Shown: positions 39,906 to 50,435, counted from the stretch's first letter. The stretch is DNA of 64,000 bases from an uncultured Candidatus Binatia bacterium (GCA_965242525.1 OZ251459.1:1952001-2016000); one strand, 5' to 3'. Made by a program: numbers and translations. The notes: generated from the letters alone by a model not told the origin.

Positions 39906-41999
39906 ATGGAAAAGCGCATTCATTGGCTCTCGTGGCTCCTTCTGGCGGTGCTGTCGGTGGGTCCCGCCCGGGCTGCGGCGCGGGCTTCGACGGAAGCGGA
40001 GACGGCGTTCGTCCGGGCCTACCGGCATTACGCCGCGGGGGAGCATCCGAGCGCGGAACCCCTCTTCCAACGCGCCCTGTCGGACGCCGACTTCGTCATG
40101 AGGGACTACGCCCTGTATTACCTGGGGAAGATCGCCTCGGACGCGAAACGCCGCGACCAGGCGCGGGACTACTTCACGCGGTTGAAGGACTCCCATCCCC
40201 GGAGCCTCTGGGCCGTGGAATCCCCCTTCGAGATCATCGAACTCGACTTGGCGCAGGAGAGGCACGCCGCCGCGGTCCGCGGGGCGGAAGCGCAACGAAA
40301 GAGGGCGTCCGGAAGAACCGCCCGGTCCAGGGCCGCCTATTACCTGGGCCGGGCCCACGAGGCCGCGGGCAAGGGTCCGCAGGCATACGCCTTCTACCAG
40401 GAAGCCCGCCGGCGCGCGCCCCGCTCCGTGTGGAGCAAACGGGCCCGGGAAAGGGTGCGGGAGTTGCGGCGCAAGCACCCGCAGCGGCTCGGCCTCCGCA
40501 ACCCCGAGCCCATGCTGCGGGAAGCCCGGCTGCTCCGACGGGAACGCGACTACCCGGCGGCCGCGGACCTCTACCGCCGCATCCTGCGGGAAACCGACTT
40601 TCGCCGCCTGTCCCTGGAGGGTCTCGCCGCGGTCTATCGCAAGCTGCGGCAACGGGACGAGGAGGAACGGGTCCTGGGGGAGTTGGTCCGGCGTTATCCG
40701 GGAAACTCCAAGGCCGGTACGGCGCTGATACGGATCGCCACCATCCAGTGGAACCGGGACGACGACGCCGAGGCGTTGGCGACCCTTCGCCGGTACGGCA
40801 AGGAGTATCCCGGCCACCCCGACCGGAACTACGCGCTCTACGTCACCGCCCGGATCCACGAATCCATGGGACGGTGGCAAGAGGCCGTTCGCGGCTACCG
40901 CCGGGCGTCCGCCAAGGACCGCCGCTTCAGCCGGTTCCGCGACGATGCGGCGTGGCGCCTGGCGTGGGTCCATTACCTGAGGTCCGACTACCCCGCGGCC
41001 AAAGCCGTCTTCCGCGAGATCACCCGCAGACCCGGCAACTTCCGCACCGCCGCCTCCTTCTGGGCCGCCCGGATCGCAGAGACGCTGGGGGACCGCGCCG
41101 CGGCCGAGCGAACCTACCGGCGCCTGGTCGAGGACCGGCCGGAGTCCTACTACACGGGCCTCGCGTTGCGGCGGCTGGCCGTCCTCGGCGCCCCCCTGCC
41201 CCATGATACGCCGCCCCCGGAGAGCCGCGCAGGGGAAGGGTCCGGCGAACCGCCCCTAGGAGACCGGGCCAAGTTCCACTTGGCGCGTGCGCGGACGCTG
41301 ACCCGGCTCGGCCTGGACCGGCTGGCCCATCCCGAGCTCGACCGGGTGCGGCGGCACGCCAGGAGGACGCCGGGCCTGAGGCGGTTGCTCATGCGCGAGT
41401 ACGCCCGCGCCAACGCGCACCACCGCAGCCTCTCGCTGGCGCTTCGATCGCCCGCGGTCCCCAAGACGTCGCGGCTCCGCTTCCCCCTCGCCTATTGGGA
41501 CCTGGTCCGGCGGCGCGCCGCGGAGAACGGCGTGGACCCCTACCTGGTGCTGTCGCTCATGCGGAAGGAGAGCCGGTTCGAGCCCGGGGCGGTGTCCCCG
41601 GCCAACGCCCTCGGTCTCATGCAGTTGCTCCACGAGACCGCACGCAGCGAAGCGTCGAAGATGGGACTGCCGGAACCGCGGGAACGGCAACTCCTGGAGC
41701 CCCGGCGCAACATCGAGCTCGGCGTGCACCACCTCAAGGGGCTGCTCGAAACCTACGCCCACAGCCACGCCAAGGCCCTGGCCGCCTACAACGCGGGAAA
41801 GGAGGCGGTGGACCGCTGGAACCGGGACCTCGGGTCCGGGGACGACACCGTGTTCGTGGAGAGGATCTCCTACCGGGAGACGCGCCAGTACGTGAAGGCG
41901 GTGCTGCGGAACTACCGCATCTACAGGAAGCTGTACGGACCCGCTCCGCCCCGGGAGCAACCGGGAGGCTGCCCGGGGTGCGGCGAACCGGAGCCGTAA
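39906..41999 (+). CDS. Soluble lytic transglycosylase (TPR + SLT domain)
   Basis: Signal peptide, TPR-like helices, ES.F...A.S...A.GLMQL, AAYNAG, ET..YV; extended -10 TGtTACAAT at 39869-39877. Confidence 0.93.
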   Translation: MEKRIHWLSWLLLAVLSVGPARAAARASTEAETAFVRAYRHYAAGEHPSAEPLFQRALSDADFVMRDYALYYLGKIASDAKRRDQARDYFTRLKDSHPRSLWAVESPFEIIELDLAQERHAAAVRGAEAQRKRASGRTARSRAAYYLGRAHEAAGKGPQAYAFYQEARRRAPRSVWSKRARERVRELRRKHPQRLGLRNPEPMLREARLLRRERDYPAAADLYRRILRETDFRRLSLEGLAAVYRKLRQRDEEERVLGELVRRYPGNSKAGTALIRIATIQWNRDDDAEALATLRRYGKEYPGHPDRNYALYVTARIHESMGRWQEAVRGYRRASAKDRRFSRFRDDAAWRLAWVHYLRSDYPAAKAVFREITRRPGNFRTAASFWAARIAETLGDRAAAERTYRRLVEDRPESYYTGLALRRLAVLGAPLPHDTPPPESRAGEGSGEPPLGDRAKFHLARARTLTRLGLDRLAHPELDRVRRHARRTPGLRRLLMREYARANAHHRSLSLALRSPAVPKTSRLRFPLAYWDLVRRRAAENGVDPYLVLSLMRKESRFEPGAVSPANALGLMQLLHETARSEASKMGLPEPRERQLLEPRRNIELGVHHLKGLLETYAHSHAKALAAYNAGKEAVDRWNRDLGSGDDTVFVERISYRETRQYVKAVLRNYRIYRKLYGPAPPREQPGGCPGCGEPEP

Positions 42000-42070
42000 A
42001 CCCGGCGCCGTCCCGGGTGCGGACGGGCGCCCGGTGGACAAACGCGGGCCGTCCTCTCTATATTGGCGCC

Positions 42071-43096
42071 ATGCCCTTCGAACTGCTTTCGGCCCGCGAC
42101 CGGTCCACCTGGACCGTCGCCGGCCCGGCCATACTGACTCCCCGGGAACGCCAGTCCGACCACGCCGCCGCGGCCATGGCCCGGACCCTGTTCGACCGCC
42201 CCCGCTGGCTGGAACCCCGCCACCTCTACGACGAACGGGGTTCGCTCCTGTTCGAGGAGATCTGCGAGTTGCCCGAGTACTACCCCACCCGCACCGAGGC
42301 GGCGATCCTCGAACGGGAGGCCGACGCGCTCCTGGACCTGGCGCCGGTGGACTGCATCGTGGAGCTCGGCGCGGGCTCCTCGCGGAAGACCGTCCACCTG
42401 CTCCGGGCGCTGCGCAAGAACCGCGGCCGCGGCGCCTTCGCCCCCGTGGACGTGAGCGCCACCGCGCTCATGGCCTCGAAACGCATGGCCGAGGAACTGT
42501 TCCCGGAACTGGCCTTCACCGGTCTCGAAGCCCGCTTCGAGGACGCCATCACGAGCATCACCCGGGACATCCCCAAGCTGGTGGTGTTCCTGGGCAGCAC
42601 CATCGGCAACTTCAGCCCCACCGACATGCTGCACTTCTTCACCCACCTCACCGACCACATGGGAGCGGAGGACTACCTCCTGCTGGGGGTGGACCGGATC
42701 AAGGACCCGGAGATCATCGAGCCTGCCTACGACGACCCCCGCGGCGTCACCGCGGCCTTCATCCTCAACGGCTTCGCCAACGTCAACCGCGTTGCCGGAG
42801 CCAACTTCCAGCCGGAGAAGATCGCCTACCGGAGCGGCTACGACCGCCGGCGGGAACAGGTGGAGATGTACGGGGTCAGCCGGGAGGACCACCGGGTCGA
42901 TTTCCCGCGATTGGGGGCCTCCTTCACGTGGAGGAAAGACGAGAGGATACTGGTGGAGACCAGCCGCAAGTTCGACCCGGACGACCTGGTCACGCAGCTC
43001 CGGTGCTTCGGACTCGAGAACCTGGGCCACTGGACCGACCCCGACCGGTGGTTCTCGCTGCTGCTCTTCCGCCCCGGCCCACGGGAGTCGTCATGA
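42071..43096 (+). CDS. egtD: EgtD-family (Methyltransf_33) histidine N-alpha-trimethylase, probably leaderless
   Basis: LYD..GS.LFE.IC.LPEYYPTRTE, VELGAGS..KT, FLGSTIGNF, AYDD..GVT, E.S.KF; TGGACA-N18-TATATT ends 6 nt before the ATG. Confidence 0.88.
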   Translation: MPFELLSARDRSTWTVAGPAILTPRERQSDHAAAAMARTLFDRPRWLEPRHLYDERGSLLFEEICELPEYYPTRTEAAILEREADALLDLAPVDCIVELGAGSSRKTVHLLRALRKNRGRGAFAPVDVSATALMASKRMAEELFPELAFTGLEARFEDAITSITRDIPKLVVFLGSTIGNFSPTDMLHFFTHLTDHMGAEDYLLLGVDRIKDPEIIEPAYDDPRGVTAAFILNGFANVNRVAGANFQPEKIAYRSGYDRRREQVEMYGVSREDHRVDFPRLGASFTWRKDERILVETSRKFDPDDLVTQLRCFGLENLGHWTDPDRWFSLLLFRPGPRESS

Positions 43097-44412
43097 AGAA
43101 GGTCCCCGACGCAGCGCCCGCATACGACCTCACGGACCCCCGGTTCTGGGACGAGAAGGACCTGCGCTCCGAGGTCGAGCGCGTCTTCCACCTCTGCTCC
43201 GAATGCCGGCTGTGCGTGAAGTTCTGCGGCAGCTTCCCGAAGCTGTTCGACGCCATCGACTCCTACTGCACCGAGGAAGAGTTCGCGGAGGTGGACTCCG
43301 GCAAGCTCGAGCCGGACGACGTGGACCAGGTGGTGGACCTCTGCTTCCAGTGCAAGCTCTGCAACATCAACTGCCCCTACACCCCGGGGGACCACGACTG
43401 GGCCATCGACTTCCCCCGGCTCATGGCGCGGGCCAAGGCCCAGCAGGTCAGGAAGCGCGGCGTCTCCCTCGCGGACCGGACCCTGGCCAGCCCGGACCTG
43501 GTGGGCAAGCTCGGCTCGGCTACCGCGCCCCTGGCCAACTGGGGAAACGAGAACCGGGTGCACCGCCTGTTCATGCAGGGGGCCCTGGGGATCCACAAGG
43601 ACAAGAAGCTGCCCCGGTTCGCCTGGAAGACCTTCGCCTCCCGGTACCGCTCCGAGGCCGGGGACCCGGTGGCGGAGCCCGCGGCCAGGGTCGCCTACTT
43701 CGCCACCTGTTTCGTCAACTACAACGAGCCGGGCATCGGCATGGACACCCTGGAGGTCATGGCCCGGAACCGGGTGGACGTGGCGTTGGCGTACCGGGAG
43801 TGCTGCGGCATGCCGTCCTGGCACAACGGCGACATGGACAAGGCCCGGGCCCAGGCGGAGAGGAACGTGGAGTTCCTGGCGCCGTTCGTGGCGGAAGGCC
43901 GGACCATCGTCGCCACCAACCCCACCTGCTCCTTGACCCTGCGGGACGAGTACCCGCGCATGCTGGGCACCGCGGCGGCCCGGGAAGTGGCGGAGCACAC
44001 CACCGACCCCATGGCGTTCCTCGCCTCGCTCCACGCGGAAGGCAAGCTCAACCGGGACTTCCGCACCGGTCCGGGCGCCGTCGCCTACCACATGCCGTGC
44101 CACCTGCGCGCGCAGCGGCTCGGCAACAAGACCGGCGCGCTGCTGTCGCTGCTGCCCGACACGGAGGTCACCGTGGTCCAGGCGTGCTCGGGGCACGACG
44201 GCACCTGGGCCATGAAGCGGGAGAACTTCGAAGCGTCCCTGCGATGGGGGAGGCAGGCGTTCGCGGGCATGGAGGCCGCGGACGCCCGGGTAGGCTGCTC
44301 GGACTGTCCCCTGGCCGCCATCCAGATCGAGCAGGCCACCGGAAAGCACCCGCTCAACCCCTTGCAGATCCTGGCCAGGAGCTACCGGGGGGAAGACGAC
44401 TGGGGTTCGTGA
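43093..44412 (+). CDS. GlpC/HdrD-like Fe-S oxidoreductase (two CxxCxxCxxxC clusters plus CCG domains)
   Basis: CSECRLCVKFC, CFQCKLCNINCP, CCGMP, PCH, CSGHDG, SDCP; ATGA overlap with egtD. Confidence 0.9.
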   Translation: MKKVPDAAPAYDLTDPRFWDEKDLRSEVERVFHLCSECRLCVKFCGSFPKLFDAIDSYCTEEEFAEVDSGKLEPDDVDQVVDLCFQCKLCNINCPYTPGDHDWAIDFPRLMARAKAQQVRKRGVSLADRTLASPDLVGKLGSATAPLANWGNENRVHRLFMQGALGIHKDKKLPRFAWKTFASRYRSEAGDPVAEPAARVAYFATCFVNYNEPGIGMDTLEVMARNRVDVALAYRECCGMPSWHNGDMDKARAQAERNVEFLAPFVAEGRTIVATNPTCSLTLRDEYPRMLGTAAAREVAEHTTDPMAFLASLHAEGKLNRDFRTGPGAVAYHMPCHLRAQRLGNKTGALLSLLPDTEVTVVQACSGHDGTWAMKRENFEASLRWGRQAFAGMEAADARVGCSDCPLAAIQIEQATGKHPLNPLQILARSYRGEDDWGS

Positions 44413-44451
44413 CCTGCGACCGTGGGAACCGCTGGACCATCGAGATAACCA

Positions 44452-44533
44452 GGATGGATTCCCCTCGCCCTGACGCTCCCATTCCCGTTCGTCCTGAGCG
44501 TAGCGAAGCGGAGTCGAAGGACGCGCTCATGCC
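44452..44533 (+). repeat. Palindromic repeat type B with extension
   Basis: Matches the copies at 38446-38524 and 49492-49573. Confidence 0.9.
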
Positions 44534-44661
44534 CCTTCCCGATGGTCCGGAGGCTCCCGTGGATTGCAACTTGTGACGGACGTGTGGTTTATGGTGGAAG
44601 GTCCGGGCAGGAGTTGACCGGAGCGATACCCGATCCAGCGACCACGCGGAAAGGAGCGGAC

Positions 44662-45702
44662 ATGACGCGAGCAAGGAACTTGTGGATCACCGCGGCCCTG
44701 TGCCTCACCCTGGGGGCCTCCGACGCCCTGGGGGCGGACTCGGCCGAACTCGAGGCGCTGTACGAGGAAGCCAGGAAGGAAGGCAAGGTGCTCATGGCCG
44801 CGGGCATGCCCCCCAAGGCGCTCAAGGCCCTGCGCAACGGCTTCAACGACCGCTTCCCGGGAGTCAAGGCCAAGGTCATCGCTTCCACGGGATCCAACGC
44901 GGCCAGCCGCATCCTGACCGAGGCCAAGGTCGGCAACGCCACCATCGAGGTGGCCCAGACCACCACGGCTTCGGGCCAGCCCCTGCTGGACGCGGGCCTC
45001 GTGGCGAGCGTGGACTACGGCAAGACCTTCGGGGTGCCCCGGGAAGGCATCCTGTTCGGCAACCGTTTCGTGCCCTGGTTCGACCTGGTGTACGTCATGG
45101 CCTACAACACCAAGAAGCTCTCCCGGGACCAGGTGCCCACCACCTGGGAAGGGATGCTGGCGCCCGAGTGGAAGGGGCGAAAGCTCGTCCTCATCGCCCG
45201 GGGCCACCCGTTCCAGTACCTGCCCAAGGTCTGGGGCGAGGAAAAGGTCATGGACCTGGCGACGAAACTGAAAGCCCAGGAACCCATCATGACCCCCCGG
45301 GGCGGCGCCCAGGTCATCGAGGCCATCGTGTCCGGACAGGCGTTGATCGGCCCCATCCACCTGAACCGGGTGCTCACCGCCAAGCACCTCAAGAAGGCGC
45401 CCATCGACTACGTGTGGCTGGACGTGACCCCGGTGCTCCATTTCTACTCCTACGCGGTCAACAAGGTGGCCAACCCCAAGGCGGCGCAGCTCATGGCGGG
45501 ATGGCTGGCCACCCCGGAAGCCGGGAAGATCATGGAGGAGCACTCCTTCCGGGCGCTGACCAGCCTGGAGTCGCAGAGCGAGACCGGCAAGCTGCTGGCG
45601 GCGTCGAAGACCCGCACCGTGGCCACGGCCCTGGACGTGGAGACCGCCCGGAAGGAAAAGAAGTGGCAGAACCAGTTGCGTAAGATCTTCGTGGGCAAAT
45701 AA
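44662..45702 (+). CDS. ABC transporter substrate-binding protein (Fe3+/thiamine-like, SBP_bac family)
   Basis: Signal peptide, A.KEG.V, YNT, P.TWE..L.PEWKG, NPKAA.L. Confidence 0.85.
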   Translation: MTRARNLWITAALCLTLGASDALGADSAELEALYEEARKEGKVLMAAGMPPKALKALRNGFNDRFPGVKAKVIASTGSNAASRILTEAKVGNATIEVAQTTTASGQPLLDAGLVASVDYGKTFGVPREGILFGNRFVPWFDLVYVMAYNTKKLSRDQVPTTWEGMLAPEWKGRKLVLIARGHPFQYLPKVWGEEKVMDLATKLKAQEPIMTPRGGAQVIEAIVSGQALIGPIHLNRVLTAKHLKKAPIDYVWLDVTPVLHFYSYAVNKVANPKAAQLMAGWLATPEAGKIMEEHSFRALTSLESQSETGKLLAASKTRTVATALDVETARKEKKWQNQLRKIFVGK

Positions 45703-45710
45703 CCCCTCGT

Positions 45711-47465
45711 ATGCCCCCGGACAACGCCGTCGCCGCCAAACCGTGGGGGTGGGAGACCATCGCCCCCCGGTTCAACGAACGCTCCCTGCTGTCGTGGGCC
45801 ACGCTGATCGTGGTGCTGTGGCTGGTGCTGGCCCCGGTGGTCATGGTGGCGGTGACCTCCTTCCAGGCCGAGCCCCTGGCCCACGTCGCCCGCTACACGG
45901 TCGCCAACTATCTGGAAGTCTATCTGGACCCCGGCACCTACGAGCTGCTGTCCAACACCCTGCTGTTCGGCGCCGGCGCCATCGCCGTGGGCTTCTTCTT
46001 CGCGTTCCCGCTGGCGTGGCTGGTGGAACGCACCAACACTCCGGGCCGACAACTCATGTACGGCCTCATCTTGGTCCCCATGGCCATACCGCCCATGATC
46101 TCGGCCCTGGGATGGGAGCGGCTGCTGGACCCGAAGATCGGCCTCGTCAACATGGTCCTGCGGGCGCTGACGGGCATGGAAGGCGAGGAAGGGCCGCTCG
46201 ACATCTTCACCCTGTCCGGCATGTCGTTCGTCATGGGCCTCTCCATGACGCCCACCGTGTTCCTGATCCTCGCCCCGTCCATCCGCAACCTCGACCCTTC
46301 CTTCGAGGACGCCAGCCTGGTCTCGGGCGCAAGCTGGTACGCCACCTTCCGCCGGGTCACCCTGCCCCTGGTCTATCCGGCCTTCTTCGCCGCGCTGATC
46401 TGGTTCTTCATCATCGCCATCGAGGCGTTCGAGATCCCCGGCGTCATCGGGCTCCAGGCCGGCATCCTGGTGTTCAGCACCAAGATATTCTGGGCCGTCC
46501 ATCCACCCACCGGCGACCTCCCGGACTACGGCATCGCCAGCGCCCTGGCCGCGCTGGTGCTGGTGCTGAGCGGCATACTCGTCTATCTCTACCTGAAGGT
46601 CCTGGGCACCGGCGAGAAATACACCACCATCACCGGCCGCGGCTACCGCCCCTCCATCATCGACCTGGGGAGATGGCGCTACGCCGGCGCCATGTTCTTC
46701 GCCGGATACATGGTCCTGGCCATCGTGCTGCCGGTCATCGTGCTCGCCTGGGGCAGCCTGCTGGCCTACTACCAGCCCCCTTCCTGGGAGCTGGTGGAGC
46801 AGTTGTCCCTGGAGAACTACTACACCACGTTCGACGACGAGGACTTCCTCGGCGCGTTCTGGAACACCGGCGTGGTGGTCTTCAGCGCGGCCACGGTCAC
46901 CGCGCTGGTCTGCACGGTGGCGGCGTGGATCGTGGTCCGCTTTCCGGGACGGCTGAGCTCCGTGCTCAACCTCGCCACCTTCACGCCCATCGCGGTCCCC
47001 TCGGTCATCATCGGCCTAGCCCTCATCCTCGTCTATCTGTCCGTGCCGGTGGGCATCTACGGCACCGTCTGGATCATCGCCGTGGCCCACATCACCCGCT
47101 ACCTGTCCTACGGCTCGCGCGCCATGATCGCCGCCCAGGTCCAGATCCACAAGGAGTTGGAGGAAGCCTCCTACACCTGCGGCGCTTCCTTCCGCATGAC
47201 CCTGAGGAAGGTCATCGTGCCGATCCTGCTGCCCGCCCTGGTGAGCCTGTGGTTGTGGGTCGCCCTGCACAGCATCCGGGAGCTGTCGGCCGCGGTGCTG
47301 CTGGCGTCGTCCAACAACACCGTCCTCAGCACCCTCATCTGGACCCAGTACCACGAAGGAGAGGTGGGCGTGGCCTACGCCCTTTCGGTGATCCTGATCG
47401 CGGTATCGTTCGTCATCGCCTTTGCCGGCCGGCGCCTCCTGAGCTGGCACGACCACCTGCGCTGA
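45711..47465 (+). CDS. ABC transporter permease, FbpB-like (two BPD domains)
   Basis: Two EAA motifs (EDASLVSGA, EEASYTCGA), many TM helices. Confidence 0.92.
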   Translation: MPPDNAVAAKPWGWETIAPRFNERSLLSWATLIVVLWLVLAPVVMVAVTSFQAEPLAHVARYTVANYLEVYLDPGTYELLSNTLLFGAGAIAVGFFFAFPLAWLVERTNTPGRQLMYGLILVPMAIPPMISALGWERLLDPKIGLVNMVLRALTGMEGEEGPLDIFTLSGMSFVMGLSMTPTVFLILAPSIRNLDPSFEDASLVSGASWYATFRRVTLPLVYPAFFAALIWFFIIAIEAFEIPGVIGLQAGILVFSTKIFWAVHPPTGDLPDYGIASALAALVLVLSGILVYLYLKVLGTGEKYTTITGRGYRPSIIDLGRWRYAGAMFFAGYMVLAIVLPVIVLAWGSLLAYYQPPSWELVEQLSLENYYTTFDDEDFLGAFWNTGVVVFSAATVTALVCTVAAWIVVRFPGRLSSVLNLATFTPIAVPSVIIGLALILVYLSVPVGIYGTVWIIAVAHITRYLSYGSRAMIAAQVQIHKELEEASYTCGASFRMTLRKVIVPILLPALVSLWLWVALHSIRELSAAVLLASSNNTVLSTLIWTQYHEGEVGVAYALSVILIAVSFVIAFAGRRLLSWHDHLR

Positions 47466-47501
47466 TCCCGCGCGCGAGGAACCCCACCGCGAGAGACGCC
47501 G

Positions 47502-49475
47502 ATGCACACGACCCTGGTCATCGAGGAACGCACGGACTTTGCCGGCGGCGCCGATTTCGGGGGCGTCGGGCCCTACGAACGGATCAAGGGACGGGTCCGG
47601 TTCGCCATCGACCCGAGCCTGGCCGCCAACGAGCCCATCGTCGATCTGCCGCTTGCGCCGGCCGACCACCGGGGGCTGGCGGCCTATTCCACGGAACTGT
47701 TCATCCTCAAGCCCAGGGACATGGGCCGGGGCAACCGCCGCCTGCTCTACGACGTGGTCAACCGCGGCAACAAGCGCGCGTTGCAGTTCTTCAACGACGC
47801 GCCGCCCGCCCACGACCCGCGCACCGCCCGGGACGCCGGCAACGGCTTCCTCATGCGGCAGGGCTACACGGTGGTCTGGTCCGGCTGGCAGGGCGACCTG
47901 CTTCCGGTGGAAGGGCGCATGACCATGGATCTGCCCACCGCGGGCCGCGCGGTCACGGGGACCGTCCGGGCCGAGTTCATCGTCGAGGATCCCGGGGTCA
48001 CCACCGTGCCGCTGGGGGGGCATGACTACATCCGGCCCTACGAGGCCGCGGCGCCGGACACCGGGGCCGCGGCGCTGACGCGCCGAGCGCGGGAGCAGGA
48101 CCCGCGCCAGCCCGTCCCGGCAAGCGACTGGCGCTTTGCCGCACCGGACGCCCACGGCAGGCTCGCGCCGTCGGCCGCCCATTGCCATGTGCCCGGGGGC
48201 TTCCGGCCCGGCTGGATCCACGAGTTGCTGTACACCGCCCGGGACCCGCTGGTGCTCGGTCTGGGTTTCGCCGGCGTGCGCGACCTCGTGGACTTCCTGC
48301 GCCATGCCGACGAGGACGCCGCGGGACGGGCCAACCCGCTGCGGGAGGGAGGGCGCGGGGTGGAGAAAGCCTACGCCTGGGGGCGCTCCCAGAGCGGCCG
48401 TTTCCTGCGGGAGTTCGTCTATCGCGGGTTCAACGCCTCCGACGCCGGCCGGCGGGTCTTCGACGCCGTGTTCCCGCACGTGGCCGGGGCCGGGCGGCTG
48501 GCCCTGAACTACCGCTTCGCGCAACCCGACCGCTACCCCCGCCAGCACGAAGACCACCTCTACCCGTCGGACGAGTTCCCGTTCGCCTATTGCCGCACCG
48601 AGGACCCTTTCACCAGGGAAGAGGACGCGATCCTGAAACGCCCGGACACCGACCCCCTCGTCATCCACACCCAGACCGCCACCGAGTACTGGCAGCGCCG
48701 GGGATCCCTGGTGCATACGGACGGGCGCGGCAACGACCTGCCGGAGCACGAGCGCGCCCGCATCTACCTGCTCTCCTGCCTCCAGCACAACGACGCGGCC
48801 GCGCCCCTGGAAGGCGGCGCGCCGAGATACCCACAGAACCCGCTGGCGGCCAACCCGGTGCTGCGCGCCCTGCTGCGCGCCCTGGACCAATGGGCCACCG
48901 AGGGCGCGCCACCCCCCGGCAGCCGAGTCCCACGGCGGTCCCACGGCGAACTCGTGACCGGAGACGCTTTTGGGCGCGCTTTCCCGCAACTGCCCGGAAG
49001 CGCCTGCCCAAGCCCCCACCGGCTGCGCCGCCTGGATTACGGAGCGGGTTTCGCCCGCGGCCTCATCTCGCAAGAGCCGCCGCTGGAAGAGGAGGCCCGG
49101 GAGTACCCGGTATTGACGCCGTCGGTGGACCCCGACGGCAACGAGGTCTCCGGCGTCCGGGTCCCGGAAGTGGCCGCGCCCCTCGCCACCTACGCGGGCT
49201 GGAACCTGCGCAAGGACTCCGAGACCCTGGCGGGCATCGTCGGCAGCGCCCTTCGCTTCGCCAACACCGCGGAAGAGCGCGCAGCGCAAGGGGATCCCCG
49301 GCCCTCCATCCGGGAGCGTTACCCGTCCAGGGAAGCGTACCTGGAGGCGGTCCGGGCCGCGGCCGCGGCCCTGGTGGAGCAGCGTCTCCTGCTGGCCGAG
49401 GACGTGGACCGCTGCGTAGCCGCGGCCGCGGGCCGCTGGGACGAATTGGCTGCGGCCCCTTACGGCAACCCCTGA
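47502..49475 (+). CDS. Large alpha/beta-hydrolase-domain protein of unknown function
   Basis: GxSQSG nucleophile elbow, NRGN, GWQGD, EYWQ...SL, D.DGNE..G. Confidence 0.75.
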   Translation: MHTTLVIEERTDFAGGADFGGVGPYERIKGRVRFAIDPSLAANEPIVDLPLAPADHRGLAAYSTELFILKPRDMGRGNRRLLYDVVNRGNKRALQFFNDAPPAHDPRTARDAGNGFLMRQGYTVVWSGWQGDLLPVEGRMTMDLPTAGRAVTGTVRAEFIVEDPGVTTVPLGGHDYIRPYEAAAPDTGAAALTRRAREQDPRQPVPASDWRFAAPDAHGRLAPSAAHCHVPGGFRPGWIHELLYTARDPLVLGLGFAGVRDLVDFLRHADEDAAGRANPLREGGRGVEKAYAWGRSQSGRFLREFVYRGFNASDAGRRVFDAVFPHVAGAGRLALNYRFAQPDRYPRQHEDHLYPSDEFPFAYCRTEDPFTREEDAILKRPDTDPLVIHTQTATEYWQRRGSLVHTDGRGNDLPEHERARIYLLSCLQHNDAAAPLEGGAPRYPQNPLAANPVLRALLRALDQWATEGAPPPGSRVPRRSHGELVTGDAFGRAFPQLPGSACPSPHRLRRLDYGAGFARGLISQEPPLEEEAREYPVLTPSVDPDGNEVSGVRVPEVAAPLATYAGWNLRKDSETLAGIVGSALRFANTAEERAAQGDPRPSIRERYPSREAYLEAVRAAAAALVEQRLLLAEDVDRCVAAAAGRWDELAAAPYGNP

Positions 49476-49491
49476 ACAATCGGGACTTCCA

Positions 49492-49573
49492 GGACGGATT
49501 CCCTTACCCTGACACTCCTATCCCCGTTCGTCCTGAGCGTAGCGAAGCGGAGTCGAAGGACACGCTCATGCCC
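49492..49573 (+). repeat. Palindromic repeat type B with extension
   Basis: Near-identical to 44452-44533. Confidence 0.9.
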
Positions 49574-49652
49574 CTCTCTCCCAATTCAACAGCGGTTCCT
49601 GCACGGGTTCGCCGCCGCGGCCACGAGCCCATAGCCCGGTCCCGCGGACGGC

Positions 49653-50435
49653 TCAGTCCATCAGGCCGTTGTCCCGCAGGAACTCCAGCACCAGGGCGTC
49701 GAACCCCGCAGGGTCCTCGATGCAGCACGCGTGGCCCGTGCCCGGCAGCACCTTGTGCACCGCGCCCCGGATCAACTCCGCGGTGCGCCGGCCGCCTTCC
49801 AGCGACAGGTCGTGCTCGCCGTTGACCACCAGCGTCGGGACCTTCATCTCCGACAGGCGCGGGGTCATGTCGGCGCCGGCCCGGGCGCGGAAGATCTGCG
49901 CGATGGACTCGCCGGACAGCCATGGGTTGCGCTCCAGGAAGAGGCCCAACAGGTATCGTCCGAGCTTCGTGTCCGCGAAACCCGGGGCCACCAGCTCCCG
50001 GATGTGCTTCTCGTGGTACGCGGCGGCGTCCTCCGTGTAGCCGCGGATCCGCTCCCCGGTGCGCGCGCCGCCCCCGCTGCTCCCGCCCACGAGGACCACC
50101 CCGCGGAACGTCTCCGGGTGGTCGAGGCCCAGCAGCAACGCGATGCCCGAGCCCACGCTGACGCCCCCCACCACGGCTTCGCCCACGCCTTCGGCCCGGC
50201 ACACCGCGAGCACGTCGTCCGCCATGTCCCGCAGGGAGAACGGCGTGACGGGCTTGTCGGACCGGCCGTAACCCCGGATGTCCAACGCGATGACCCGGAA
50301 CCACGTGGAAAAATGCGCCACCTGGTACAGGAGCAGGTTGTGGTCGAAAGGGTTGGCGTGCACCCACACGAAAGGCCGGCCCTCGCCGGAGACCTCGTAG
50401 TAGATGCGCACCCCATGGGAATCGGCGTAGGGCAT
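49653..50435 (-). CDS. Alpha/beta fold hydrolase
   Basis: D.RGYG.S, GVSVG, G..D, GH...IEDP. Confidence 0.9.
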   Translation of the reverse strand: MPYADSHGVRIYYEVSGEGRPFVWVHANPFDHNLLLYQVAHFSTWFRVIALDIRGYGRSDKPVTPFSLRDMADDVLAVCRAEGVGEAVVGGVSVGSGIALLLGLDHPETFRGVVLVGGSSGGGARTGERIRGYTEDAAAYHEKHIRELVAPGFADTKLGRYLLGLFLERNPWLSGESIAQIFRARAGADMTPRLSEMKVPTLVVNGEHDLSLEGGRRTAELIRGAVHKVLPGTGHACCIEDPAGFDALVLEFLRDNGLMD

